Source of the DNA: Eledone cirrhosa
Taxonomy: Eukaryota
Assembly: GCA_964016885.1 (NCBI GenBank)
Contig: OZ024759.1
Coordinates: forward strand, 10,974,001-11,038,000
Length of the DNA stretch: 64,000 bases
Reading direction: 5' to 3'
Of this stretch, positions 1 to 12,200 are shown piece after piece. The notes beneath the pieces are model-generated. The model was not told the DNA's origin. It was given only the letters and a program-made list of their open reading frames with translations, and did no database searches. The stretch's first letter is position 1. The number at the start of each line of letters is the position of its first letter. A program made the translations under genes and the position numbers.

Positions 1-44
1 ATGGTCCATCTGGTTCCTTACCACATTTCCTTCGTTATATATAT

Positions 45-102
<58 letters not shown>

Positions 103-161
103 ATCTATGTACGTATATATATGTGTTGTGTGACCACAAATCTAAGCATGTATGATACATC

Positions 162-216
<55 letters not shown>

Positions 217-299
217 CGAAGGAAGTGTGGTAAGGAACCAGGTGGACCATAACACACCAGAGTACTCAATACTTAGGGTAGTAGAGTGGGTAATAGGAA
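1..299. mobile_element. Two oppositely oriented ends of a (TA)n-associated repeat (putative Penelope-like pLTR family B)
   Basis: 1-37 is the reverse complement of 214-250 (aacgaaggaagtgtggtaaggaaccaggtggaccat). The same family occurs at 5503-5663 and 23323-23543, each abutting (TA)n. Confidence 0.6.
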
Positions 300-339
300 A
301 ATGCCGTCGGGGTTAAACGTTGTCTTCTCTCTCTCTCTC

Positions 340-365
340 TCTATATATATATGTTTATGTGTATG

Positions 366-401
<36 letters not shown>

Positions 402-562
402 CGTGTATGTATATAATGTGTGCGTGTGTATGAATATAATATGTGTGTGTGTATGTATATAATGTATATATATATATATATGTGTGTGTATATAATATAT
501 ATATTTCTATATATGTGTGTCTGTATGTAATATATATATATATATATGTGTGTGTGTATGTA

Positions 563-596
<34 letters not shown>

Positions 597-802
597 ATGT
601 ATGTAATATATATATATATATATGTGTGTATGTATATAATATATATATATGTATATATGTGTGTGTATATAATGTGTGTATATAATATATATATGTGTGT
701 ATGTATGTAATATATGTATATATATATGTGTGTATGTATGTAATATATGTATATATATATGTGTGTATGTATGTAATATATATATATATGTGTGTGTATG
801 TA

Positions 803-834
<32 letters not shown>

Positions 835-1005
835 ATGTATGTAATATATATATATATATATATGTGTGTATGTATATAATATATATATATGTATATATGT
901 GTGTGTATATAATGTGTGTATATAATATATATATGTGTGTATGTATGTAATATATGTATATATGTGTGTATGTATGTAATATATATATATATGTGTGTGT
1001 ATGTA

Positions 1006-1041
<36 letters not shown>

Positions 1042-1173
1042 ATGTATGTAATATATATATATATATGTGTGTGTATGTATATAATATATATATATGTATA
1101 TATGTGTGTGTATATAATGTGTGTATATAATATATATATGTGTGTATGTATGTAATATATGTATATATATATG

Positions 1174-1207
<34 letters not shown>

Positions 1208-1342
1208 ATGTAATATATATATATATGTGTGTGTGTATGTAATATATATATGTATGTAATATATATATATATGTGTGTGTATGTAATATATATATGTATG
1301 TAATATATATATATATATAATATATATATATATGTATGTATA
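340..1342. repeat. Compound (TA)n/(TG)n/TATG microsatellite
   Basis: Direct inspection. Confidence 0.95.
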
Positions 1343-1507
1343 CCTAGTTGGATGAAAGATTCTTTGGATAACCTGCTGTGTATTTCCATTTTTACTTTTT
1401 ACCTATACTCTTTTGTCTATGGAACTTTGCCCACATATATATATATATATATACATACATGTGTGTATGCATATATATATATATACATACATGTGTGTAT
1501 GCATATA

Positions 1508-1551
<44 letters not shown>

Positions 1552-1572
1552 TATACACACACACACAGTGTG

Positions 1573-1914
1573 TACTCTGACATTCAAGGTCCCGGTTATT
1601 CGCGGAAATTTCCCTTGATTTAGGTGAGATAGAGTAACCTAACTAATAATTGTTCGTGGAAACCATCAAATATTCGCGGAATCATAAATACCTAACGCGA
1701 TTTTTTTAATGGCTTTTTCCGTGGCAATATATATTTCTTCAAGCTTTTTAACACTAAATTAACAACAATATACCGTATTTGCCGGCCTATATCTTACTTC
1801 ATGTTTTGACGTTTATAGGCATTTTTATGGACCATGTACAATATGCGCGGTATTTTTACTCTTCGCGGGTGCTCTAGGAACGTAAGCCCTGCGAATACCA
1901 GAGGGAAAATGTAT
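1573..1914. mobile_element. Possible degraded Tc1/mariner (Tigger-like) MITE
   Basis: TA-flanked, imperfect inverted ends sharing TATTCGC(G/A)G. Confidence 0.3.
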
Positions 1915-1928
1915 ATACACATGTATGC

Positions 1929-1972
<44 letters not shown>

Positions 1973-1995
1973 GCATACATGTGTATATACATTTG

Positions 1996-2082
1996 AGATG
2001 ACCCCTTAGCCTTTGTCAAGGCAGAATTCTAGGAGAAGGAAAACTCTGATATAACACCTGCAATCCTGATGGTATCCAATGA
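1996..2082 (+). repeat. Dispersed repeat fragment, second copy at ~63581-63667
   Basis: gagatgaccccttagcctttgtcaaggcagaattct..ggagaaggaaaactctgatataacacctgcaa.cctgatggtatccaatg is near-identical at both sites. Confidence 0.8.
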
Positions 2083-2397
2083 TGTTGACTTGTTCTTCTT
2101 TTTGGTAAATATCATCTTGGTTAAGAGAGTGGGACTGGCTTTGTGCAGTGCCTTTGCTCACTATAAAAGCTTCACGGCACAGGCATTGCTTTATATCTGG
2201 AGATATCTCTGCACTTGTCGTCACATGGTACCATGGGCCCAGCACTGTGTGTCAATAATTGTCACAAGTGTAGTGTTTGTACCAGAGTTTTCAAGTCGCT
2301 GGCTGGACTAAAAAGTCACACTCGTTCAGCGCATCGGTAGGGGTTCTCCTACATGGATATAAAGTAGTGGCCGTACTCGAAAACGAGTTGGCAGCCA

Positions 2398-2432
<35 letters not shown>

Positions 2433-2616
2433 GATGTGTATAGGTAATTCGACTGAAGAAGAAACAACTTATAAAACGAAAACGAAAGCATGTCAAATAA
2501 ACCCATCAAATTCCGCTGCTTGTTTATTACAGAAAATAAAAAACAAATTAAAACGAAATGAAATATTTTGGTCGAAATTAAGTTACACTAGTATATATTA
2601 TTACAATTATTATTTA

Positions 2617-2978
2617 TTGGCAGTATCGGTAGAGGGTCGGACGCCATGCTTTGCAGCATAGAGTTACGGCCCTTGCCATTCTGAGTTCAAATCCCGCCGA
2701 GGTTAACTTTGCCTTCCATCCTTACGGGGGTCGATAAAATAAAGTACCAGTAATGTACTGGAAAATTGATGGCCTTGTGCCAAAAGTAGAAACAATTATT
2801 TATTGGCAGTATCGGTAGAGGGTCGGACGCCATGCTTTGCAGCATAGAGTTACGGCCTTGCCATTCTGAGTTCAAATCCCGCCGAGGTTAACTTTGCCTT
2901 CCACCCTTACGGGGGTCGATAAAATAAAGTACCAGTAATGTACTGGGTAATTGCTGGCCTTGTGCCAAAAGTAGAAAC
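2617..2978 (+). mobile_element. Tandem dimer of tRNA-derived SINE (Nin/Deu-domain-like)
   Basis: Two ~180-bp copies with A-box-like TGGCAGTATCGG, B-box GAGTTCAAATCC and central CTTCCATCCTTACGGGGGTCGATAAAATAAAGTACCAG. Confidence 0.85.
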
Positions 2979-3108
2979 GATTTTTATTTCAGGGATGGTG
3001 AAGACCCCAGCTTTCGGGGACGTTTTAGTAGGGGTTATTGTATATATAATTTGTGTGTCCCGGGTTCAATCGGGGGTAACCACATTGAGAAGAAATCATC
3101 AGGAAAGC

Positions 3109-3155
3109 TTTCCTGATGATTTCTTTTGAATGAAACAGTTCTAGTCCTGTAGAAG
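3109..3155 (+). ncRNA. Degenerate type I hammerhead ribozyme motif
   Basis: tttc-CTGATGA-tttcttttgaat-GAAA-cag..ctg-TA-gaag. Core intact, weak stems I and II. Confidence 0.5.
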
Positions 3156-3247
3156 TCATTTCTATATCAAACTTGATGTTTACACTCTACTAATATATTG
3201 AGTACCTTACTAATTGTGGTTACCCCCGATTGAACATGGGACTCATG

Positions 3248-3318
<71 letters not shown>

Positions 3319-4219
3319 ATATGTATATATATATATATATATCCAAGGAGTCTAACGTGAAGGTACTGTAGGTTCACTCAGGTGAGCACTCCATGTTTAG
3401 GTTCACGTCTGTGGCGAGGTGTAGAGCTAGACAGAGTGTAATATAATAATAATACAAGGACGATTTGTTAAGCCTTCTTTACGTTTATTGATTGGTGACG
3501 CGCGTTTCGCTATTGATCAGCTCAATGTCGGATCTGGCCCGACTCTGGAATCCAGCCTGTGGCTTTCGAGACGTTTGGGGGAGTCGGGCCGCTGACTGCG
3601 AGGTTCCAGTCTTCACTGGCGGCTCACCTAATAGAGAGAGATAACTGGCGAATCTTGCGAGGGTGCTTGGCTGTTTCAGCGCATCAGCCTCGCCATCACC
3701 CGAGGTAACACTGCCAGTGGTCTGGCTTGCCTCAAAAATCATTAGAGAGGTTGCCCAGTACTCGCGACTTTGCTGCCTTTTGCTCTGGTGTTGGCTCCAT
3801 TATTCACCCCTTCCTTGCTTTACATTTTCTTTATTATTGCAATATTAAAAGAATATATCTTTCATTGTATCATCCTTTATAATGCTACCGAGGCATTTGT
3901 AAATGATATTTATGTATGTATTTAAAACATATTTGTTATGTTATTCTATGCTCTGTTTATATTTTCATTGTGAATGAATTGCAAACGATTTGTAATGTTG
4001 TTTGTGCAACTATGAATCAAAAGCTAGCTAGATAACATGAGCTGTTTCTTGTTTTCTTGGTTGTTAAAAAGTTGAAAGTAAACGTGTTTAAATGTGAACA
4101 TGTTAATATTAGTTGTGCAGTTTTTAGAAAGATAGACACATGCTTGTCAAAATATAATGGCTTGCTTTGTGGCTTTGTTTTTAGCCAAGTGCGAGTTTCA
4201 TTTGCTGCACGTAGGTACA

Positions 4220-4252
<33 letters not shown>

Positions 4253-4352
4253 GTGTGTGTGTGTGAAGTAATTCCGTCGGAAAAATAAATAAATATTATA
4301 TATATATATGTAGGAGGTGAGTTTTATTGTAGTACAATAAAGCAATGCATAT

Positions 4353-4388
<36 letters not shown>

Positions 4389-4456
4389 CCTACAATTACA
4401 TACATATATATATATATATATATTTACATAACATACACAAACGTATGCATATGTGT

Positions 4457-4495
<39 letters not shown>

Positions 4496-5458
4496 CACAT
4501 ATACAGGGTGTTCCCAAAATATGTATACACACTTCAGATTTCTAATCAAGGTGTGTGTGTGTATATATATATTTATATACACACACATGTTTATATAACG
4601 GACGCCCTTTAAAATTAATGTTATCCTACCTACACTTTTGCTATTTTTTTTTCACCTGTTCCAGCAACTGGACAGCGGCCATGCTAGGACATCACCTTTG
4701 TTAATAACTAATAGTAGTAGTATTAGTAACGGTAGTGGTGATAGTAGTAGTATTGTTAGTAGTAGTAGAAGTAGTGGTGGTGGTTGTAGTAGTAGTGGTT
4801 GTAAACACTGCAATTGTCAAGATCGATAAACACGTTGAAGAAAGGTCGCCCCCAACTGCTAGAAATAGCAGCCACATTCCTCTCAACTCACACCTTACTA
4901 TATTTAACACACGTCAACGAAAGGACTACTATATTGTCGCTAATTGCTAGAAATAGCAGCCACATACCTCTCAACACGCACCTTACTGTATTTAAACACG
5001 ACTCAAAGAGTGAACTACTACATGGTCGCTCGAACTGTTAAAAACAGCAGCAAATGCTCCTTCAAATGAAAATAAATAAAGGAAAGAGACTCGTGTTACA
5101 GAAAAATATATTATAGCTAAAACAACAACAACAAACAAAAAAACATGGAATGATCACTATTGTTGTATGTTGATGGTAGGTTTGGTGAGTCAAGGCCGAC
5201 CTGGGGTTAAATAAGATCGCGTGTTTTATAAATATTCCGCAGTGAAACTAAACAGAAGTCAAAACTAATCGAAACTGGGGAGAAGACCAAAGTAAGCATT
5301 TGTGTTGCTGGCCGGCTGAGCTGCTAGAAACAGCAGCTAAATCGGTCCTAAATCACACATACCATCTTGAGAAGGTGTGTGGTATATATATATATATATA
5401 TATATATAAATGAAATTGTTTTAGCAATAGTATTCCATAACATATATATATATTCCAT

Positions 5459-5502
<44 letters not shown>

Positions 5503-5506
<4 letters not shown>

Positions 5507-5660
5507 AACGAGTAGGACCCCGACGGCTGAGCTCAAGCCGTTTCGACGGCTAATTCTGGACTAAATAGTCCTACTCGTTCCTATTACCCACTCTACTACC
5601 CTAAGTATTGAGTACTTTGGTGCGTTATGGTCCACCTGGTTCCTTACCACATTTCCTTCG

Positions 5661-5663
<3 letters not shown>
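5503..5663 (-). mobile_element. Putative Penelope-like pLTR fragment (family B) with inverted partial copy, in (TA)n
   Basis: ataggaacgagtaggac / gtcctactcgttcctat inverted pair. The minus strand carries a hammerhead 3' half GAAAcggct..agccgTC. Confidence 0.6.
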
Positions 5664-5709
<46 letters not shown>

Positions 5710-5728
5710 TCCACACACATATATACAT

Positions 5729-5985
5729 AGCTGTGTGGAGGCACGTGGTTAGGGTGTTGGACTTACGATCATATAAGGTGGTGGGGTCGATTCCTGGACT
5801 GGGTTGTGTGCTGTGTTTTTGAGAAAAACACTTCATTTCATATTGCAGCAATAGCTGAGGGTTTAACCCTGCAATGGACTGGTGCCCTGTCCAGCGGGGA
5901 GTGTTGTCCTCTCAGTTCACTCCATGCCACAGAAACCGGGATAAGCACCGGCCTGATGAGGGTCCAGGTTTCAGACAGACTTTAG
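5729..5985 (+). mobile_element. tRNA-derived SINE (CORE/V-like body)
   Basis: A-box GTGGTTAG, B-box GGTCGATTCC, ...TTGAGAAAAACACTT..., GCAATGGACTGGTGCCCTGTCCAG. Confidence 0.65.
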
Positions 5986-5989
5986 ATAT

Positions 5990-8940
5990 GATAATGAAAA
6001 TTATTGTGTACAGTGCTCAGGTGCACTACAACTCGTCAAAGGTGCATGTATAGTACATAGAATAATGTACAAATGTCAGCAAAGTGAACAGTGTGTGAGT
6101 CATGATATACATGTGTGCACGTGTATGGAAGGGGGATATCAGGTGTAGTGTTGGCGAATCTCAGGAAGCATGGAGGTTTTAAAGGATGCAGAGTCTCGAC
6201 AGCTAACAACTCATGCAGGGAGTTTGTTCCATGGAGGTTTTAAAGGATGCAGTGTCTTGGCAGCTAACAACTGATGCAGGTAGTTTGTTCCATGGAGGTT
6301 TTAAAGGATGCAGTGTCTTGGCAGCTAACAACTGATGCAGGTAGTTTGTTTCATGGAGGTTTTAAAGGATGCAGAGTCTCGACAGCTAACAACTCATGCA
6401 GGGAGTTTGTTCCATGGAGGTTTTAAAGGATGCAGTGTCTTGGCAGCTAACAACTGATGCAGGTAGTTTGTTCCATGGAGGTTTTAAAGGATGCAGTGTC
6501 TTGGCAGCTAACAACTGATGCAGGGAGTTTGTTCCATGGAGGTTTTAAAGGATGCAGAGTCTTGGCAGCTAACAACTGATGCAGGTAGTTTGTTCCATGG
6601 AGGTTTTAAAGGATGCAGTGTCTTGGCAGCTAACAACTGATGCAGGTAGTTTGTTCCATGGAGGTTTTAAAGGATGCAGTGTCTTGGCAGCTAACAACTG
6701 ATGCAGGTAGTTTGTTCCATGGAGGTTTTAAAGGATGCAGTGTCTTGGCAGCTAACAACTGATGCAGGGAGTTTGTTCCATGGAGGTTTTAAAGGATGCA
6801 GAGTCTCGACAGCTAACAACTGATGCAGGGAGTTTGTTCCATGGAGGTTTTAAAGGATGCAGTGTCTTGGCAGCTAACAACTGATGCAGGTAGTTTGTTC
6901 CATGGAGGTTTTAAAGGATGCAGTGTCTCGACAGCTAACAACTGATGCAGGGAGTTTGTTCCATGGAGGTTTTAAAGGATGCAGTGTCTCGACAGCTAAC
7001 AACTGATGCAGGGAGTTTGTTCCATGGAGGTTTTAAAGGATGCAGTGTCTAGGCAGTTAACAACTGATGCAGGTAGTTTGTTCCATGGAGGTTTTAAAGG
7101 ATGCAGTGTCTCGACAGCTAACAACTGATGCAGGTAGTTTGTTTCATGGAGGTTTTAAAGGATGCAGTGTCTCGACAGCTAACAACTGATGCAGGGAGTT
7201 TGTTCCATGGAGGTTTTAAAGGATGCAGTGTCTTGGCAGCTAACAACTGATGCAGGTAGTTTGTTTCATGGAGGTTTTAAAGGATGCAGTGTCTCGACAG
7301 CTAACAACTGATGCAGGTAGTTTGTTCCATGGAGGTTTTAAAGGATGCAGTGTCTCGACAGCTAACAACTGATGCAGGTAGTTTGTTTCATGGAGGTTTT
7401 AAAGGATGCAGTGTCTCGACAGCTAACAACTGATGCAGGGAGTTTGTTCCATGGAGGTTTTAAAGGATGCAGTGTCTTGGCAGCTAACAACTGATGCAGG
7501 TAGTTTGTTCCATGGAGGTTTTAAAGGATGCAGTGTCTCGACAGCTAACAACTGATGCAGGGAGTTTGTTCCATGGAGGTTTTAAAGGATGCAGAGTCTC
7601 GACAGCTAACAACTGATGCAGGGAGTTTGTTCCATGGAGGTTTTAAAGGATGCAGTGTCTAGGCAGTTAACAACTGATGCAGGTAGTTTGTTCCATGGAG
7701 GTTTTAAAGGATGCAGTGTCTCGACAGCTATCAACTGATGCAGGGAGTTTGTTCCATGGAGGTTTTAAAGGATGCAGTGTCTCGACAGCTAACAACTGAT
7801 GCAGGGAGTTTGTTCCATGGAGGTTTTAAAGGATGCATTGTCTCGACAGCTAACAACTGATGCAAGGAGTTTGTTCCATGGAGGTTTTAAAGGATGCAGT
7901 GTCTCGACAGCTATCAACTGATGCAGGGAGTTTGTTCCATGGAGGTTTTAAAGGATGCAGTGTCTCGACAGCTATCAACTGATGCAGGGAGTTTGTTCCA
8001 TGGAGGTTTTAAAGGATGCATTGTCTCGACAGCTAACAACTGATGCAAGGAGTTTGTTCCATGGAGGTTTTAAAGGATGCAGTGTCTCGACAGCTATCAA
8101 CTGATGCAGGGAGTTTGTTCCATGGAGGTTTTAAAGGATGCAGTGTCTCGACAGCTATCAACTGATGCAGGGAGTTTGTTCCATGGAGGTTTTAAAGGAT
8201 GCAGTGTCTCGACAGCTATCAACTGATGCAGGGAGTTTGTTCCATGGAGGTTTTAAAGGATGCAGTGTCTCGACAGCTATCAACTGATGCAGGGAGTTTG
8301 TTCCATGGAGGTTTTAAAGGATGCAGTGTCTCGACAGCTATCAACTGATGCAGGGAGTTTGTTCCATGGAGGTTTTAAAGGATGCAGTGTCTTGGCAGCT
8401 AACAACTGATGCAGGTAGTTTGTTCCATGGAGGTTTTAAAGGATGCAGAGTCTCGACAGCTAACAACTGATGCAGGTAGTTTGTTCCATGGAGGTTTTAA
8501 AGGATGCAGTGTCTCGACAGCTAACAACTGATGCAGGGAGTTTGTTCCATGGAGGTTTTAAAGGATGCATTGTCTCGACAGCTAACAACTGATGCAGGGA
8601 GTTTGTTCCATGGAGGTTTTAAAGGATGCAGTGTCTCGACAGCTAACAACTGATGCAGGTAGTTTGTTCCATGGAGGTTTTAAAGGATGCAGTGTCTCGA
8701 CAGCTAACAACTGATGCAGGTAGTTTGTTCCATGGAGGTTTTAAAGGATGCAGTGTCTTGACAGCTATCAACTGATGCAGGGAGTTTGTTCCATGCTTCA
8801 GCAACTCTGAGCGTGAAAAAATGTTTCGAAAAGTCATGGGAGCTGTGATGTCTTCTGACGTTGTAGGCATGTCCACAGGTGTTAGACACATGGAATTCAA
8901 AAAGGTACTCAGGTTTGTTATTGGCAAGATGGTTATATAT
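5990..8940 (-). mobile_element. 5'-truncated CR1/L2-type LINE 3' end containing an internal satellite expansion
   Basis: Minus strand encodes ...GHAYNVRRHHSSHDFSKHFFTLRVAEAWNKLPASV..., a typical ORF2 C-terminus. The 3' UTR matches the copy at 22037-22725. Confidence 0.9.
6169..8795. repeat. 61-bp minisatellite, 43 copies, derived from the LINE ORF2 end
   Basis: Unit catggaggttttaaaggatgcagtgtctcgacagctaacaactgatgcagggagtttgttc; 8792-6169 = 43 x 61. Confidence 0.97.
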
Positions 8941-9087
8941 ATACCTGTAACTCTTGATGGAACCATAGGGATGCTGTAATGACATTCATGTCTTGGGTAT
9001 TTTAAAAACTGGGTGGAGCTCATTTCTCTCTCTTCAGGTTTGAATATATTATTGTCTGATTTCTTCTAAAGAGTCCACGTTATAGTG

Positions 9088-9223
9088 ATGAGCTGGCTAG
9101 CCATGGGGTGTGTCTCACAAGTTGGAATAGCTTTTCCAGCTCACCATCCTCTGGAGAAACGCCTTCTCTATTCTGCTTGCCAGTGCGTGGGACTCCATTT
9201 GCTTATAATAGCTAGAGATGGAG
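9088..9223 (+). CDS. Candidate first coding segment of the FATP gene (exon 9038-9223), tentative
   Basis: Strong pyrimidine tract + CAG (tttctctctcttcag, ends 9037), ATG at 9088, open frame MSWLAMGCV...GLHLLIIARDG, weak phase-1 donor GAG|GTGATG at 9224. No clear homology to FATP N-termini. Confidence 0.22.
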
Positions 9224-12200
9224 GTGATGACAGTGGTAGTTTGGTTCCTCTGTGTTTGGACCTGGTGTACATGAGAGATGGGGAGAGATGGAGGTGATGA
9301 CAGTGGTAGTTTGGTTCCTCTGTGTTTGGACCTGGTGTACGTGAGAGATGGGGAGGGCAGGAGAGATGGAGGTGATGACAGTGGTAGTTTGGTTCCTCTG
9401 TGTTTGGACCTGGTGTACGTGAGAGATGGGGAGAGATGGAGGTGGTGACAGTGGTAGTTTGGTTCCTCTGTGTTTGGACCTGGTGTACGTGAGAGATGGG
9501 GAAGGCAGGAGAGATGGAGGTGATGACAGTGGTAGTTTGGTTCCTCTGTGTTTGGACCTGGTGTACATGAGAGATGGGGAGGGTGTGAGAGATGGAGGTG
9601 ATGACAGTGGGAGTTTGGTTCCTCTGTGTTTGGACCTGGTGTACATGAGAGATGGGGAGGGTGTGAGAGATGGAGGTGATGACAGTGGGAGTTTGGTTCC
9701 TCTGTGTTTGGACCTGGTGTACATGAGAGATGGGGAGGGTGTGAGAGATGGAGGTGATGACAGTGGGAGTTTGGTTCCTCTGTGTTTGGACCTGGTGTAC
9801 ATGAGAGATGGGGAGGGTGTGAGAGATGGAGGTGATGACAGTGGGAGTTTGGTTCCTCTGTGTTTGGACCTGGTGTACATGAGAGATGGGGAGGGTGTGA
9901 GAGATGGAGGTGATGACAGTGGGAGTTTGGTTCCTCTGTGTTTGGACCTGGTGTACATGAGAGATGGGGAGGGCAGGAGAGATGGAGGTGATGACAGTGG
10001 TAGTTTGGTTCCTCTGTGTTTGGACCTGGTGTACATGAGAGATGGGGAGAGATGGAGGTGATGACAGTGGGAGTTTGGTTCCTCTGTGTTTGGACCTGGG
10101 GTACATGAGAGATGGGGAGAGATGGAGGTGATGACAGTGGGAGTTTGGTTCCTCTGTGGTTGGACCTGGTGTACATGAGAGATGGGGAGAGATGGAGGTG
10201 ATGACAGTGGTAGTTTGGTTCCTCTGTGTTTGGACCTGGTGTACATGAGAGATGGGGAGAGATGGAGGTGATGACAGTGGTAGTTTGGTTCCTCTGTGTT
10301 TGGACCTGGTGTACATGAGAGATGGGGAGAGATGGAGGTGATGACAGTGGTAGTTTGGTTCCTCTGTGTTTGGACCTGGTGTACGTGAGAGATGGGGAGA
10401 GATGGAGGTGATGACAGTGGGAGTTTGGTTCCTCTGTGTTTGGACCTGGTGTACGTGAGAGATGGGGAGAGATGGAGGTGATGACAGTGGTAGTTTGGTT
10501 CCTCTGTGTTTGGACCTGGTGTACATGAGAGATGGGGAGAGATGGAGGTGATGACAGTGGTAGTTTGGTTCCTCTGTGTTTGGACCTGGTGTACGTGAGA
10601 GATGGGGAGAGATGGAGGTGATGACAGTGGTAGTTTGGTTCCTCTGTGTTTGGACCTGGTGTACATGAGAGATGGGGAGAGATGGAGGTGATGACAGTGG
10701 TAGTTTGGTTCCTCTGTGTTTGGACCTGGTGTACGTGAGAGATGGGGAGAGATGGAGGTGATGACAGTGGTAGTTTGGTTCCTCTGTGTTTGGACCTGGT
10801 GTACGTGAGAGATGGGGAGAGATGGAGGTGATGACAGTGGTAGTTTGGTTCCTCTGTGTTTGGACCTGGTGTACATGAGAGATGGGGAGAGATGGAGGTG
10901 ATGACAGTGGTAGTTTGGTTCCTCTGTGTTTGGACCTGGTGTACGTGAGAGATGGGGAGAGATGGAGGTGATGACAGTGGTAGTTTGGTTCCTCTGTGTT
11001 TGGACCTGGTGTACATGAGAGATGGGGAGAGATGGAGGTGATGACAGTGGTAGTTTGGTTCCTCTGTGTTTGGACCTGGTGTACGTGAGAGATGGGGAGA
11101 GATGGAGGTGATGACAGTGGTAGTTTGGTTCCTCTGTGTTTGGACCTGGTGTACATGAGAGATGGGGAGAGATGGAGGTGATGACAGTGGGAGTTTGGTT
11201 CCTCTGTGTTTGGACCTGGTGTACGTGAGAGATGGGGAGAGATGGAGGTGATGACAGTGGTAGTTTGGTTCCTCTGTGTTTGGATCTGGTGTACATGAGA
11301 GATGGGGAGAGATGGAGGTGATGACAGTGGTAGTTTGGTTCCTCTGTGTTTGGATCTGGTGTACGTGAGAGATGGGGAGAGATGGAGGTGATGACAGTGG
11401 TAGTTTGGTTCCTCTGTGTTTGGACCTGGTGTACATGAGAGATGGGGAGAGATGGAGGTGATGACAGTGGTAGTTTGGTTCCTCTGTGTTTGGACCTGGT
11501 GTACGTGAGAGATGGGGAGAGATGGAGGTGATGACAGTGGTAGTTTGGTTCCTCTGTGTTTGGACCTGGTGTACATGAGAGATGGGGAGAGATGGAGGTG
11601 ATGACAGTGGTAGTTTGGTTCCTCTGTGTTTGGACCTGGTGTACGTGAGAGATGGGGAGAGATGGAGGTGATGACAGTGGTAGTTTGGTTCCTCTGTGTT
11701 TGGACCTGGTGTACATGAGAGATGGGGAGAGATGGAGGTGATGACAGTGGTAGTTTGGTTCCTCTGTGTTTGGACCTGGTGTACGTGAGAGATGGGGAGA
11801 GATGGAGGTGATGACAGTGGTAGTTTGGTTCCTCTGTGTTTGGACCTGGTGTACGTGAGAGATGGGGAGAGATGGAGGTGATGACAGTGGTAGTTTGGTT
11901 CCTCTGTGTTTGGACCTGGTGTACATGAGAGATGGGGAGAGATGGAGGTGATGACAGTGGTAGTTTGGTTCCTCTGTGTTTGGACCTGGTGTACGTGAGA
12001 GATGGGGAGATATGGAGGTGATGACAGTGGTAGTTTGGTTCCTCTGTGTTTGGACCTGGTGTACATGAGAGATGGGGAGAGATGGAGGTGATGACAGTGG
12101 TAGTTTGGTTCCTCTGTGTTTGGACCTGGTGTACGTGAGAGATGGGGAGAGATGGAGGTGATGACAGTGGTAGTTTGGTTCCTCTGTGTTTGGACCTGGT

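Noticed and set aside
1-1976. I/Y/H/T/C/V-rich ORFs (also 22847-26142 and 37457-38971)
   Set aside because: Translations of (TA)n/(TG)n microsatellites.
3485-3848. GC-richer ORFs on both strands
   Set aside because: No recognisable domain; short; adjacent to a partial hammerhead, so likely a TE remnant.
5950-5985. CTGATGAG as a hammerhead core
   Set aside because: No downstream GAAA, stem III or UH; it is part of a SINE tail.
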